A stretch of DNA of 64,000 bases, from positions 2,084 through 66,083 of the forward strand of contig JAKSRK010000002.1 in NCBI GenBank assembly GCA_024403655.1, written 5' to 3'. A program made the translations under genes and the position numbers. Below, one piece after another: positions 1-10,270 of this stretch. Under the pieces are notes generated by a model. It was not told the DNA's origin. It searched no databases and was given only the letters and a program-made list of their open reading frames with translations. Every line of letters begins with the position of its first letter. Position 1 is the stretch's first letter. The DNA is from Saccharofermentans sp. GTDB taxonomy: Bacteria > Bacillota > Clostridia > Saccharofermentanales > Saccharofermentanaceae.

Positions 1-337
1 ATTTACGCATGCAGGACTTGGTTGCATTTAAGATATTAATCTCATCTATGGTCTGAGCGTCAACTTCGCATATGGCATAACAGAGAGCCTTTTCCTTAAT
101 CTCTTCAAAAAGAGCTTCTCTTTTCTTCTCTGACAGCTTCTTAGAATCATCGAGTCCGAGTATCTTAACATTCGGATTGAGGATACAAGCCGCAGCGACT
201 ACAGGACCTGCAAGAGGTCCTCTTCCCGCTTCGTCAATTCCTGCTACCGCCTTAAATCCGGAAGCATATGCTTCTTTCTCATAAGCGGATAATTCTTCGT
301 ATTTTGCTTCAAGCTGTTCTGTAGTAAGTCTTGCCAT
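1..337 (-). CDS. rnhB: Ribonuclease HII (5' part; runs off the window)
   Basis: Manual translation from ATG at 337: [67 protein letters not shown] is the RNase HII signature. It follows rbgA, as is typical in Firmicutes. Confidence 0.93.
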   Translation of the reverse strand, partial: MARLTTEQLEAKYEELSAYEKEAYASGFKAVAGIDEAGRGPLAGPVVAAACILNPNVKILGLDDSKKLSEKKREALFEEIKEKALCYAICEVDAQTIDEINILNATKSCMRK

Positions 338-340
338 ATA

Positions 341-1219
341 TCACTCCGGCTTATCAGGACTTTCCAGTGTAATCCTGCCTATTCTTCCACTTCTTAAATC
401 ATCAAGAAGCATTCTTGCAAATCTCTCTTCATCTACACGGCCGCCGCTCATAATGCAGCCCTTGCCCTTACCCATCTGAAGGAATCTGTCGTACTCATCA
501 CCGCTAGTATCAAGGTAATCTTCCTCAATACCATAACGATCGCTCATGCAGGAAGGATAAAGCTTCCAAAGAAGATTACATACTTCATATGCTACTTCCA
601 AAGTATCTGCTACTTCATTCTTAATCGCACCCGTGGCGGTAAGAACAAGCTGACTTCTCTTGGTTGCAATCTTAGGCCAGAGAACACCCGGCATATCCAT
701 AAGATCGAGCTTACCGTCTGTTCTGATCCACTTAACGCTTCTTGTAACTCCGGGCTTATTACCGGTGATTGCTGCCTTACGACCTGCAATACCGTTAATC
801 AAAGTAGACTTACCTGTATTGGGAACACCTACAACTAGCACCTTAATAGTACGTCCCTTCATGCCCTTGGCTTCAGCCCTGGCAATAACGTCTCCGCATA
901 ACTCTTCAGTAACCTGATAAAGCTTATCAAGGCCCTTCTTGCGGTTCGCTTCCAACGGAACTGCAGCTATCCCCTTATTCTTAAAATAAGATATCCATTT
1001 ATCTGTCTGAACGGGATCAGCAAGATCTGCTTTATTCAGAATAATGACGCGAGGCTTTTTCCCAACAAGTCTGTCCAGCTCGGGATTACGGCTAGAGAAA
1101 GGAATGCGGGCATCGCAAGTCTCAAAGACACAATCTACTTTCTTAAGATTCTCCTCAGTCTCATTGAGAGCCTTTCTCATGTGACCCGGGAACCAGTTTA
1201 TACTTTTAATCTCATCCAT
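341..1219 (-). CDS. rbgA: Ribosome biogenesis GTPase A (YlqF)
   Basis: INWFPGHM N-terminus, DARIP, NKADL, GVPNTGKS, DMPG: circularly permuted GTPase motifs. Confidence 0.95.
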   Translation of the reverse strand: MDEIKSINWFPGHMRKALNETEENLKKVDCVFETCDARIPFSSRNPELDRLVGKKPRVIILNKADLADPVQTDKWISYFKNKGIAAVPLEANRKKGLDKLYQVTEELCGDVIARAEAKGMKGRTIKVLVVGVPNTGKSTLINGIAGRKAAITGNKPGVTRSVKWIRTDGKLDLMDMPGVLWPKIATKRSQLVLTATGAIKNEVADTLEVAYEVCNLLWKLYPSCMSDRYGIEEDYLDTSGDEYDRFLQMGKGKGCIMSGGRVDEERFARMLLDDLRSGRIGRITLESPDKPE

Positions 1220-1241
1220 CTATTTAACCTCTCTGCAACCT

Positions 1242-2666
1242 TTATATAAGCCTCCAGGCTTTGGGGTAAAGGTTCTTAATACTGCCGTCCGGAGCTAATT
1301 TGCCGAATCCTAACGGATACTTACCGGCAGTAATCACTATATAACCCTTCTTCTTAAGCTGAGCCTTCTCTTCAGGAGAAGCAACTATAGTCTCACCCTT
1401 AAGGTATCTTGTAAGTCTTGAATCATCACGTGCAATACTTATAAAGGAGTCTTCCCTTATCATCTCTCTTGTAAGTGTAAGTGCAAGAGAATGCGAAGGC
1501 ACAAAAAGCCTCTCTGTTGAAGTGCACTTTATCTCACCGGGGAAAAGGCCGAGCTTAACTGTCTTTAAGCCGTTAAAGAGCCTTTCGGGCACAGGCAGTA
1601 TATGAACCTTGTCCTTATGAAGAATGAAGTTCCCCTTAAATACGGAAGTATCCTTAAGAATCTCCTTAAGAAAACTCTCGTAGGCATCCTTCGACCTTGA
1701 GAAAGCGTAGTTATCGTTCCTCTTATTCCTGTAGGAAGGAATCTTATCAAGTTCGATAGTCTCTACTTCAGCGTCCTCGCTCTTTTTAAGATGCACGCAG
1801 AAATGTCCGTCACCCTTATTTAAGTGAGGCCAAATTCTCATGAAGCCTTCTTCGCTATGTGTTATACCCTCTACTTCACTGTGGGGAATAATCGTATAGT
1901 AAGGGTGCTCCTTAATAAACTCTCTTATTCTCTCCTCGTCTTCTCCTTCAAAGAAAGTGCAGGTAGAGTAAACAATCTCTCCTCCTGCCTTAAGCATCTT
2001 GTCAGCATTATTGAGGATATCAATCTGCATAGGAATACATGTATCAGGCCCAAACTTCTCCCAGCTTTTTACTGCATTGGGATCACGTCTGAACATACCT
2101 TCTCCCGAACAGGGTACATCAAGTACAATCTTGTCAAAAAAGCCTTTAAAGACTTCTGCAAGCCTTGAAGGAGTCTCGTTTAAGATAACGGCATTGGGAA
2201 TGCCCATTCTCTCAATATTACGAAGCAAAGCCTTGGCTCTGTTCTCGTTAATCTCATTTGCTATAAGAAGGCCTTCACCCTGAAGATCTTCTCCCAAACG
2301 GCATGCTTTGCCTCCCGGGGCGGCACACATATCAAGAACATATTCTCCCGGCTTAGCTGCAGCAATCTGTGCGGGAAGCATAGCGGAAGGCTCCTGAGGA
2401 TAGTAAACGCCACTATGGTAGTAAGGATCGTTACCTGAAGATTCACTGTTGGTATAAAAGCCGGAATCGCACCAGGATACAGGATTCTCTTCCTCTCCGA
2501 GGTCGGACAATACATCCTTATATTCTTCTTCTGAAACCTTGTTTCTGTTGATTCTTATTCCCTTTAAGGGTTCGCTGTCAAAGCTCTCAAAAAAGCCCTC
2601 AGAAGATATGTTATTCTCCTGAAAGAATTTGAGCATTCTTTCTTCAAAGCTTACCGGAAGTTTCAT
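1242..2666 (-). CDS. RsmF/NOL1/NOP2-family rRNA cytosine-C5 methyltransferase
   Basis: QEPSAM, VLDMCAAPGGK, DVPCSGEGMFR, YSTCT motifs; C-terminal IKNLYPKAWR typical of RsmF-like proteins. Confidence 0.92.
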   Translation of the reverse strand: MKLPVSFEERMLKFFQENNISSEGFFESFDSEPLKGIRINRNKVSEEEYKDVLSDLGEEENPVSWCDSGFYTNSESSGNDPYYHSGVYYPQEPSAMLPAQIAAAKPGEYVLDMCAAPGGKACRLGEDLQGEGLLIANEINENRAKALLRNIERMGIPNAVILNETPSRLAEVFKGFFDKIVLDVPCSGEGMFRRDPNAVKSWEKFGPDTCIPMQIDILNNADKMLKAGGEIVYSTCTFFEGEDEERIREFIKEHPYYTIIPHSEVEGITHSEEGFMRIWPHLNKGDGHFCVHLKKSEDAEVETIELDKIPSYRNKRNDNYAFSRSKDAYESFLKEILKDTSVFKGNFILHKDKVHILPVPERLFNGLKTVKLGLFPGEIKCTSTERLFVPSHSLALTLTREMIREDSFISIARDDSRLTRYLKGETIVASPEEKAQLKKKGYIVITAGKYPLGFGKLAPDGSIKNLYPKAWRLI

Positions 2667-4372
2667 AATTCAAGAAAAGAGCAAATGCTGTAAGCAAGCT
2701 TCTTTATTACGCCTGTATCGAAAGGAGACTCGAGTCCCGCCTTAGTAATAAGGTTAAGGAAAGTATCCGTTCCGCCTGCTTCGCAAAGAAGATTGTACTT
2801 GGAAAGCGCGCTCTTCATATCCTTTCTGGATTCATCCCAAAGCTGCAGAGCACAGATATGCGCAAGGCAGTAATCTATGTAGTAGAAAGGCGTTGTAAAG
2901 ATATGATCCTTCTTCATCCAGGCACCGCCCATCTCATGGAAAGGCATCTTATCGCCATAGTCATTAAAGGGCTGGTATTTCTTCTCAAGTTCCTTCCAAG
3001 CTTCATGTCTCTGCTCGGGTGTTAATTCGGGATTGTCATACACGATATGCTGGAACTCGTCTACCATACATCCGTAAGGCATAAAGAGCAGAGCCTGTGT
3101 CATGTGAAGTTCACAGTACTGTGATGCCTTATCACCGTAGAACATATTCATGTAAGGATAAGACAGGAATTCCATCGCGGTAGAATGTATCTCGCAAGTC
3201 TCAAGCGTAGGCGAAAGACACTCTACAAAAGGAGACACCTCTGCACTCTTAATAGCCGCATATGCGTGTCCACCTTCGTGAACAATTGTAGCTACGTCAT
3301 CTGCAGTACCGTTACCGTTCATGAAGATAAAAGGAATAGCATAATCTTCAAGGTACATGCAGTATCCGCCCGTGGACTTATTCTTACGTGCAAGAAGGTC
3401 AGTAAAGCCGTGCTCTGACAAAACATCGAAGAAGCTCGGGACAGTACCAAATATCTCACTGAAGAAGTTGCCTGCAACTCTCTCGTAGCCTTCTCCGGGA
3501 ACATTGGGAACGGGATTACCGTTCTTAAACAAAGTCGGAAGATCCCAGTATCTTAAGTTCTCAAGATCAAGTCTGTCCTTTTGAAGATTTCTTATCTGCT
3601 CAGTAATGGGCACTATATACTTTAAAATGTCGTCACGGAAAGACTTAACCATCTCGGGAGTATAGTCGTATCTTTCCATTCTCTTATAACCAAGCTCGGT
3701 AAAATTGTTGTAGCCGAGCTTTCTTGCAGCAGTAGTTCTGACCTTTACAAGATCATCGTAAATCTTATCGAAAGTCTCTTTTTTGTCCTGATAGTACTTA
3801 TCAAGAGCGATATGAGCTTCCCTTCTTACCTTACGGTCCGTAGACTCGAGGTAAGGATTAAGCATGGAAAGATTAAGTGTCTCGCCCTTAAACTCTATCT
3901 CAGCCTCCGACTGTATCTGAGAATAATCATTCTCAAGTGAGGACTCAGTAGTAAGATCGTCAATTATCTCCTTGGAGATAGTCTCCTTCTGGTTAACGGC
4001 CTTCTTAAAGATCATCTCACCGTACTTCTCTTTAAGCTGATCTGCACAGGGGCAGTTCAAAAGACTGGTAAGAACGGCTGCAGATAATTCGCTTACTGTG
4101 GCAAAAGCCTCATCGAAGAATTCGAGCTCATCAGAATAAAAATCGTTAGAAGTATCTACATCATGAAGGATATTACAGAGAGCATATGCCGTATCAAAAG
4201 CAGACTGCTTCTTCTCATACTCAAGTATGATGTCCGAAGCCTGCTCCGGATCCTTACAGGTCATGAGCTTAAGTCTTACTTCCTTAACGTATTCGGTAAG
4301 TTCCTCTACGCTGGGTCTTACATACTCAATATCTTTAAAATCAGGCATTTGCCCTGCCAAATAATCCTGCAT
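2663..4372 (-). CDS. M3 family oligoendopeptidase (PepF-like)
   Basis: HEGGHA (HExxH), ExxS motif (EIHSTAME), PFYYIDY. Confidence 0.9.
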   Translation of the reverse strand: MQDYLAGQMPDFKDIEYVRPSVEELTEYVKEVRLKLMTCKDPEQASDIILEYEKKQSAFDTAYALCNILHDVDTSNDFYSDELEFFDEAFATVSELSAAVLTSLLNCPCADQLKEKYGEMIFKKAVNQKETISKEIIDDLTTESSLENDYSQIQSEAEIEFKGETLNLSMLNPYLESTDRKVRREAHIALDKYYQDKKETFDKIYDDLVKVRTTAARKLGYNNFTELGYKRMERYDYTPEMVKSFRDDILKYIVPITEQIRNLQKDRLDLENLRYWDLPTLFKNGNPVPNVPGEGYERVAGNFFSEIFGTVPSFFDVLSEHGFTDLLARKNKSTGGYCMYLEDYAIPFIFMNGNGTADDVATIVHEGGHAYAAIKSAEVSPFVECLSPTLETCEIHSTAMEFLSYPYMNMFYGDKASQYCELHMTQALLFMPYGCMVDEFQHIVYDNPELTPEQRHEAWKELEKKYQPFNDYGDKMPFHEMGGAWMKKDHIFTTPFYYIDYCLAHICALQLWDESRKDMKSALSKYNLLCEAGGTDTFLNLITKAGLESPFDTGVIKKLAYSICSFLEL

Positions 4373-4377
4373 GTTAA

Positions 4378-6108
4378 TTACATCCTTTCGACAACGCCGA
4401 TTCCGAGAAGATCAAGACCTGACTTAAGTGTATCCGCTACAGCCTCGCAAAGAGCAAGTCTTGCTACCTTCTGCTCCTCACTGTCAGCATTCAGGATGCT
4501 TGAATTGTTGTAGAAACGGTTGAAGCTTCTTGCTACGAGTGCGATCTGACGAGAGATCATGAAAGGCTCGTTAGAAGCAGCAGCCTTCTTAACACTGTCA
4601 GGGAAATCAGCCACTGTTCTGATTACGTTATATTCTTCATCGCTTGTAAGAAGAGCAATCTTATCGTTGTCCTTAGCGGGAACGATTCCCTGCTCCTGTG
4701 CCTTACGAAGAATTGACTTAATACGTGCATATGTATACATAAGGTAAGGTGCAGTATCACCCTCGAAGTCGAGCATCTCTTCCCATGAGAAGACGATATC
4801 CCTCTCTCTTCCGGACTTAACATAAGTATATATAACTGCTCCGATACCTACCTTCTCGGCAATCTCATCGATCTGCTCGGCAGTCATGTCCTGACCTCTT
4901 GCCTTGGAGTTCTCTTCGATAACTTCACGTGTCTTTGCAACTGCTTCGTTAAGGAGATCTTCAAGAAGAACAATATTACCGTCACGTGTGGAGAACTTCA
5001 TATTCTTGAACTTTACAAGACCGAATCCGACGTGAACGCAGTTATCAGAGTAATCAAAGCCTGCCTTCTTCATTACGGAGAATACCTGCTTGAAGTGAAG
5101 TGCCTGAGGAGTACCTACAACGTAGATATTCTTATCGAAATGATAGTTCTCGTATCTGTAAAGGATTGCTGCAATATCTCTTGTGGCGTAAATTGTAGTT
5201 CCGTCACTCTTGAGGATGATACAGGGAGGTACACCGTACTCTTCGAGGTCAACTACCTGTGCACCTTCACTCTCTACAAGGAGTCCCTTATTCTTGAGCA
5301 TCTCTGCTACTTCATCGGACATCTTTGCATAGTAAGACTCACCATTATAGTTATCGAACTCCATGCCCATTCTCTTATAAAGCTTGTCAAATACAACAAG
5401 GGACATGTCACGGAACTTCTTCCAGAGAGCAACCTCTTCTTCCTGACCTTCTTCAAGCTTCTTGAAATTCTCACGAGCGCTGTCAGTCAAAGAAGGATCG
5501 TTCTTCTCTTCTTCATGGAACTTAACGTAGATACGAAGAAGCTCGGTGATGGGATCTTCATTAAGAGCCGCTTCATCACCCCAGAGTCTGTAAGCGGTAA
5601 TAAGCTTACCGAACTGAGTACCGTAGTCACCTAAGTGATTCATACGAATTACTTTATATCCGAGCTTAGTATAAATCTTGGAAAGTGAATTACCGAGAAT
5701 TGTGGTAAATGCATGACCTACATGGAAAGGCTTGGCGATATTGGGAGAAGAATACTCAACAATAACGTTCTTGCCGTCTCCTTCCTTGCAAGAACCGTAG
5801 CTGTCGCCTGCTTCAAGTACAGATGATACCGTAGCAGTTGCAAGGCAGCTTCTGTCGATGAAGAAATTTACATAAGGACCTACGTTCTTGGCACTGATAG
5901 CAGTAAGAGAATTAAGTCTCTCGTCAGATATGATATCTGATGCAATCATGGGAGGAGCCTTGCGCAAAGTCTTGGCAAGTGTGAAACAGGGGAAGGCATA
6001 ATCTCCCATCTCCACCTGAGGCGGTATCTCGATAAGCTTTGTAATCTGCTCTGTATCAAGACCTGTTATTTCTGAAAGTTTCAAGGCAATTTCGCTTTTA
6101 TAATCCAT
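4378..6108 (-). CDS. argS: Arginine--tRNA ligase
   Basis: EYSSPNIAKPFHVGH (HIGH-like), GDYGTQFG, KFSTRDG, FEGDTAPYLMY, C-terminal VVERM. Start placed at ATG 6108 behind GGAGGAG. Confidence 0.96.
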   Translation of the reverse strand: MDYKSEIALKLSEITGLDTEQITKLIEIPPQVEMGDYAFPCFTLAKTLRKAPPMIASDIISDERLNSLTAISAKNVGPYVNFFIDRSCLATATVSSVLEAGDSYGSCKEGDGKNVIVEYSSPNIAKPFHVGHAFTTILGNSLSKIYTKLGYKVIRMNHLGDYGTQFGKLITAYRLWGDEAALNEDPITELLRIYVKFHEEEKNDPSLTDSARENFKKLEEGQEEEVALWKKFRDMSLVVFDKLYKRMGMEFDNYNGESYYAKMSDEVAEMLKNKGLLVESEGAQVVDLEEYGVPPCIILKSDGTTIYATRDIAAILYRYENYHFDKNIYVVGTPQALHFKQVFSVMKKAGFDYSDNCVHVGFGLVKFKNMKFSTRDGNIVLLEDLLNEAVAKTREVIEENSKARGQDMTAEQIDEIAEKVGIGAVIYTYVKSGRERDIVFSWEEMLDFEGDTAPYLMYTYARIKSILRKAQEQGIVPAKDNDKIALLTSDEEYNVIRTVADFPDSVKKAAASNEPFMISRQIALVARSFNRFYNNSSILNADSEEQKVARLALCEAVADTLKSGLDLLGIGVVERM

Positions 6109-6219
6109 CTTTCTCCTCCATATAAAACAAATGTTATGCAACTTTATATTTTTTTACTTCATGATTATATCCTAATTTGTAGTACAATAAATAAGATTTT
6201 TGCTTAAGAAGAGGTTTTT

Positions 6220-7185
6220 ATGTCGATATTTTTGGCTATAGCAGCCGCATCGGTGCTGTCTTTTGTACTTACATTTCTGTGCATGAAGTTCCTTCCCCTC
6301 GGAGCTAAACTCTTAGGACATGACAGAGGCAGACTCTATGCTGCCGGTTCTGAAGTCAATATCGGTAAACCCACTGGCGTTGGTATCTATTTTACAAGCA
6401 TCGCTGTCCTGATTTCACTTATATTCTCATTCTCGGGAATCGGCTACTTTCTTATAATGTTGCTCGTACTTATGTCTATGCTTTTCGGCTTCCTTGACGA
6501 CAGATCAAAGAATCCTTGGGGCGAATATATAAAGGGTGCAATTGATTTTGCCATTGCCATTGCTGCAGCAGCAGTATTCATCTTTACTTACGGAACAACG
6601 GTCTGCATCGGACTTACAGGAACCGAATTCGACATTCCCGCTCCCGTTTTCTTTATCCTTGCTGTTATCCTCAACATCGTATCAGTTAATGCTACCAATG
6701 CCACAGACGGTGTTGACGGACTGTCAGGTACACTTACCTGCCTTACTATAGTTACCTTCATGGCAACTGCTTTTATCAACGGAACACTTACTTCAGAAGG
6801 TGCAATAAGAGGTTTTATTCTTATATTCGCTCTTATCGCCTACCTGATTTTTAACTTCAATCCCAGTAAGGTCCTTATGGGAGATGCCGGATCAAGATCT
6901 ATCGGCTTCTTTATCGCCTTCTATGCAATGTATTTAAAGATACCTTTTGCATTCCTTATAATCTGTCTTCCCTTCCTTATCGACGGTGGTCTTTCCATCC
7001 TTAAGATTACTATAGGACGACTTACCAAGAAGAAGATAATCATCTTAAAGAATGTAACTACTCCTATTCACGATCATCTTAAGAAGCGTATGGGATTCTC
7101 AGTCAAGAAGACATGGGCTACTATAGTCATCTGTGCAGCATTGATTGATACAATCTATCTGCTAGTCACTGCTTTACTTCACTGA
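6220..7185 (+). CDS. MraY/WecA-like glycosyltransferase family 4 membrane protein
   Basis: Multiple TM segments; KPTGVG, GFLDD, NATDGVDGL, MGDAGS, PIHDH motifs. Confidence 0.8.
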   Translation: MSIFLAIAAASVLSFVLTFLCMKFLPLGAKLLGHDRGRLYAAGSEVNIGKPTGVGIYFTSIAVLISLIFSFSGIGYFLIMLLVLMSMLFGFLDDRSKNPWGEYIKGAIDFAIAIAAAAVFIFTYGTTVCIGLTGTEFDIPAPVFFILAVILNIVSVNATNATDGVDGLSGTLTCLTIVTFMATAFINGTLTSEGAIRGFILIFALIAYLIFNFNPSKVLMGDAGSRSIGFFIAFYAMYLKIPFAFLIICLPFLIDGGLSILKITIGRLTKKKIIILKNVTTPIHDHLKKRMGFSVKKTWATIVICAALIDTIYLLVTALLH

Positions 7186-7285
7186 TTTATATAGCAAATC
7201 TCCGATTCGGATTTTGCACGAGCAGCTGGTATCCAATTCTATTCTTCGGGTATAGTCTTTTAACATAAACTCTATTATCTAAATA

Positions 7286-7325
7286 AAAGCCATCGCGAAA
7301 CAGATTTCTGCTTCGCGATGGCTTT
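7286..7325. terminator. Bidirectional intrinsic terminator between convergent genes
   Basis: AAAGCCATCGCGAA / TTCGCGATGGCTTT inverted repeat. Confidence 0.75.
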
Positions 7326-7353
7326 GTAATTTGTCTAAAATTAATTGTTCTAA

Positions 7354-8283
7354 TTACTCTGAGAAGAGTGGTGTTGAGAAGTATCTCTCAGCAGTGTCAG
7401 GAAGAACAGTTACCACAGTCTTTCCTTTACCAAGTTTCTTAGCGAGCTTGATAGCTGCTGCTACGTTAGTGCCGCTAGAGATACCACACATAAGACCTTC
7501 TTCTTTTGCAAGGCGCTTGGATGTATTGAGAGCTTCTTCATCTGTGATGATGTAAACTTCATCGTAGATGTTCTGGTTAAGGATATCTGGGATGATACCA
7601 TCGCCGATGCCCATCTGGAGATGTGTTCCAATTGTTCCACCAGCAAGAATAGCGGCATTCTCAGGCTCTACTGCCCAAATCTCGATATCTGGATTCTGAG
7701 CCTTCAATACTTCACCGATACCTGTGATTGTTCCGCCTGTTCCGATACCTGAGCAGAAACCATGGATTGGACCGGCAACCTGTTCCATAATCTCTAATGC
7801 TGTGTGATTTTTGTGAGCCATAATGTTGTCTCTATTAGCGAACTGCTGTGGAACGAAAATATTAGGGTTCTTCTCCTGCATCTTTAATGCTGTCTTGAGA
7901 CATTCGTCGATACAAGCACCGATGTCACCAGCATCGTGAATGAGCTTTACTTCTGCACCGTAGTGACGAACGAGTTTACGACGTTCTTCACTAACTGAAT
8001 CAGGCATGATGATTATTGTTCTGTAACCTTTAACTGCGCCAACTAATGCAAGACCAATCCCCTGGTTACCGGATGTTGGCTCAACGATGATGCTATCTTT
8101 GTTGAGGAGACCTCGCTGCTCTGCTTCGAGTATCATGTTAAGAGCTGTTCTTGTCTTGATAGAACCGCCCACATTAACACCTTCGAATTTAACTAGAATC
8201 TGTGCTGAATCTTCGTCAACCATTCTGTTAAGACGAATCATTGGTGTGTGGCCTACTGCTTCTAGGATATTGTTGTAAATCAT
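7354..8283 (-). CDS. cysK: Cysteine synthase A (PLP-dependent)
   Basis: VKFEGVNVGGSIKTR (PLP lysine), EPTSGNQG, GIGTGGTITG, GISSG, PDTAERYFST. Confidence 0.9.
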   Translation of the reverse strand: MIYNNILEAVGHTPMIRLNRMVDEDSAQILVKFEGVNVGGSIKTRTALNMILEAEQRGLLNKDSIIVEPTSGNQGIGLALVGAVKGYRTIIIMPDSVSEERRKLVRHYGAEVKLIHDAGDIGACIDECLKTALKMQEKNPNIFVPQQFANRDNIMAHKNHTALEIMEQVAGPIHGFCSGIGTGGTITGIGEVLKAQNPDIEIWAVEPENAAILAGGTIGTHLQMGIGDGIIPDILNQNIYDEVYIITDEEALNTSKRLAKEEGLMCGISSGTNVAAAIKLAKKLGKGKTVVTVLPDTAERYFSTPLFSE

Positions 8284-8461
8284 AGGAAACTCCTTTTAGT
8301 TACTTGTTATTTTATCTAGCGTGTCTGACAAGTTTGTTTATCTTAAGACTTGTTAAGTCAGAAAAATTGCTGGTTCAGAAAATACCTTCGATATTGATAT
8401 TTACTAATTGAAAATAATATACGTTTTTCATTATTTTTCCTAGTATTTTGATAGTAATTAA

Positions 8462-8493
8462 AACACCCATGCCTTTCATCAGACATGGGTGTT
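8462..8493 (-). terminator. Probable terminator after the TerY-P operon
   Basis: AACACCCATG / CATGGGTGTT inverted repeat just past the stop at 8519. Confidence 0.6.
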
Positions 8494-8518
8494 AAATAAT
8501 CAGGTTATATAAAATCAA

Positions 8519-9157
8519 TTAAAGGAATTCGCTGAAGTCATCCATTGTCTCTTCGTCAGAAGCAAGAGAAGGTCCTTCTTCTTCAAGCTTATAACCGGCA
8601 CTCATCTTCTTAACGTCAGCCTTCTGCTTTACTGTATCGGCATACTCGTTTGCAGATTTTGCCTCTTCTTCAGCCTTCTTAAGAGCCTTTCGAGCAAGAC
8701 TTTCTTCCAGATTCTTCTGCTGCTGAAGTCTTCTTTCCTCTCTTGCGGCCTGCTTGGCTGCTTCCTCAGCTTCAGCCTTCTTCTGCTCTTCGACAATACG
8801 CTCAAACTCTTCTTTGTCTTCGTCAGACAGTCTCTCAACAGCAGTCTCTCTCAAGTTATCCAAAGTCTCAGGAGCAGAAACGGCACTATTGAGAATAGCC
8901 TGCATCTTACGCTTACTCTCTTCCTGAGCCTTAGCTTCTTCGACAGATACCTGCATGCCAAGCTTATTAAGTTCGTCAGCCATCTCGCCATGGGCCGGCT
9001 GCATAACCGGATGATTATTTCCGGGAGCATGCGCAGCTTGCAACTCAACGTCCTCTACACCAGCTTTATTAAAGTCGGATGCTGCATCAAGTATAGTCTT
9101 AAGATCAGGTGTGGGAACACCCGGTAAAACTTCGTATTTCTTGCGGTCGCGCTTCAT
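8519..9157 (-). CDS. Hypothetical acidic coiled-coil protein (last gene of the TerY-P operon)
   Basis: 212-aa ORF 19 bp downstream of the PP2C stop; E/K/A-rich helical C-half; host-like codon style. Confidence 0.7.
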   Translation of the reverse strand: MKRDRKKYEVLPGVPTPDLKTILDAASDFNKAGVEDVELQAAHAPGNNHPVMQPAHGEMADELNKLGMQVSVEEAKAQEESKRKMQAILNSAVSAPETLDNLRETAVERLSDEDKEEFERIVEEQKKAEAEEAAKQAAREERRLQQQKNLEESLARKALKKAEEEAKSANEYADTVKQKADVKKMSAGYKLEEEGPSLASDEETMDDFSEFL

Positions 9158-9176
9158 CTTACCCTTCTTCTCCTAT

Positions 9177-10268
9177 TTATACCTTTATATATAACTTCAG
9201 AATAAGCCACAATATAGCAATTAATTCCATTATTACAATAATCCACATAAGAATGGATGACTTTTTGATTACAGGTGTAACTGCAATCTTCTCAGACTCG
9301 CTTTCCTTGGTAGCATCTGTATCCGTGTCACCTGTCTTCTTAACGGGTTTGTCTTCTTCCTTCAAGATAACAGGAGCATTAGCGGCAGCCTCAACAATAA
9401 TCTTTCTGGCTCTTTTGACATCCGCTACAAGGCTTGTCTGCAGATCCTTAAATGTCTCCGTAGCTCTCTCAAAAGCTGCTGCACTGTTAGGAAGAGACTT
9501 AGGATCCGGTGCCTTGGTGCCTCCAAAGTAGATAACACCGAATGAAGAGTCATCGCTGTTATTGGAAGCACCTACAATAAACTTCTCAATTATGTTCTTA
9601 AGTTCAGCTTCTGCCTTAGCTCTTCCTGCAGCAAGTGTATCAGCCATTCTTGCTACAACAGGCTTAATAAGGCCGCTGTTCTCATCGTAAACGCTGTCCT
9701 GAACACCGTCAGTCATAAGCGCAATCGCATGTACATTATCCGTAGTAGTCTTAATAAGTCTCAGATAATCTGCAGCGTGATTTGCTGTTACAAAGTATGT
9801 AGACGAAGAAGAAGCACCATTCTGAGGCATTGTTAGAGGCGACATACCTGAAGGTGTAACCTTAACAATAAGTCCGTCTCCGATATGACCCACAAGCATT
9901 CTTCTGTCTTTGACGGCACAGAAAAGAAGCGTACAGGAAAGCCTTTCGATAGAATCGAGCTTGTGCTCTACAATTAGGTCTGCAAACTTTACATGCAAAG
10001 CAGCAATAATAAGGCTTCGAACCGCTGCCTCCCTGTTCTCGTTATAAAGAGCATCGAAATGCTCCGTCAACAGCTTGGCAATAGTATCTGCGGCAGCAGC
10101 AGAACCGAATCTGGCGTGGGTATATTGCTTACTTCCCGCACCGTCGGCAACGACAACGACATTAACTCCGTTTGCCGTTAAAGCAACAGAAGCATCTTCA
10201 CAGGCAACTCCGCGCTGTCTGTGCTTTTGTCCTATTACAGTTACTGCAGCTACATTAATATCAACCAT
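9177..10268 (-). CDS. PP2C-family phosphatase (TerY-P type) with C-terminal TM helix
   Basis: GQKH..CEDA, VVADGAGS, GHIGDG, LMTDG, SDDSS metal-binding motifs; hydrophobic tail ILMWIIVIMELIAILWLIL. Confidence 0.9.
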   Translation of the reverse strand: MVDINVAAVTVIGQKHRQRGVACEDASVALTANGVNVVVVADGAGSKQYTHARFGSAAAADTIAKLLTEHFDALYNENREAAVRSLIIAALHVKFADLIVEHKLDSIERLSCTLLFCAVKDRRMLVGHIGDGLIVKVTPSGMSPLTMPQNGASSSSTYFVTANHAADYLRLIKTTTDNVHAIALMTDGVQDSVYDENSGLIKPVVARMADTLAAGRAKAEAELKNIIEKFIVGASNNSDDSSFGVIYFGGTKAPDPKSLPNSAAAFERATETFKDLQTSLVADVKRARKIIVEAAANAPVILKEEDKPVKKTGDTDTDATKESESEKIAVTPVIKKSSILMWIIVIMELIAILWLILKLYIKV

Positions 10269-10270
10269 TT

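Noticed and set aside
6109-6219. T-box leader for argS, and S-box/T-box for cysK (8284-8460)
   Set aside because: The regions are short or AT-rich, with no T-box (AAGGTGGnACC-type) or S-box consensus visible.
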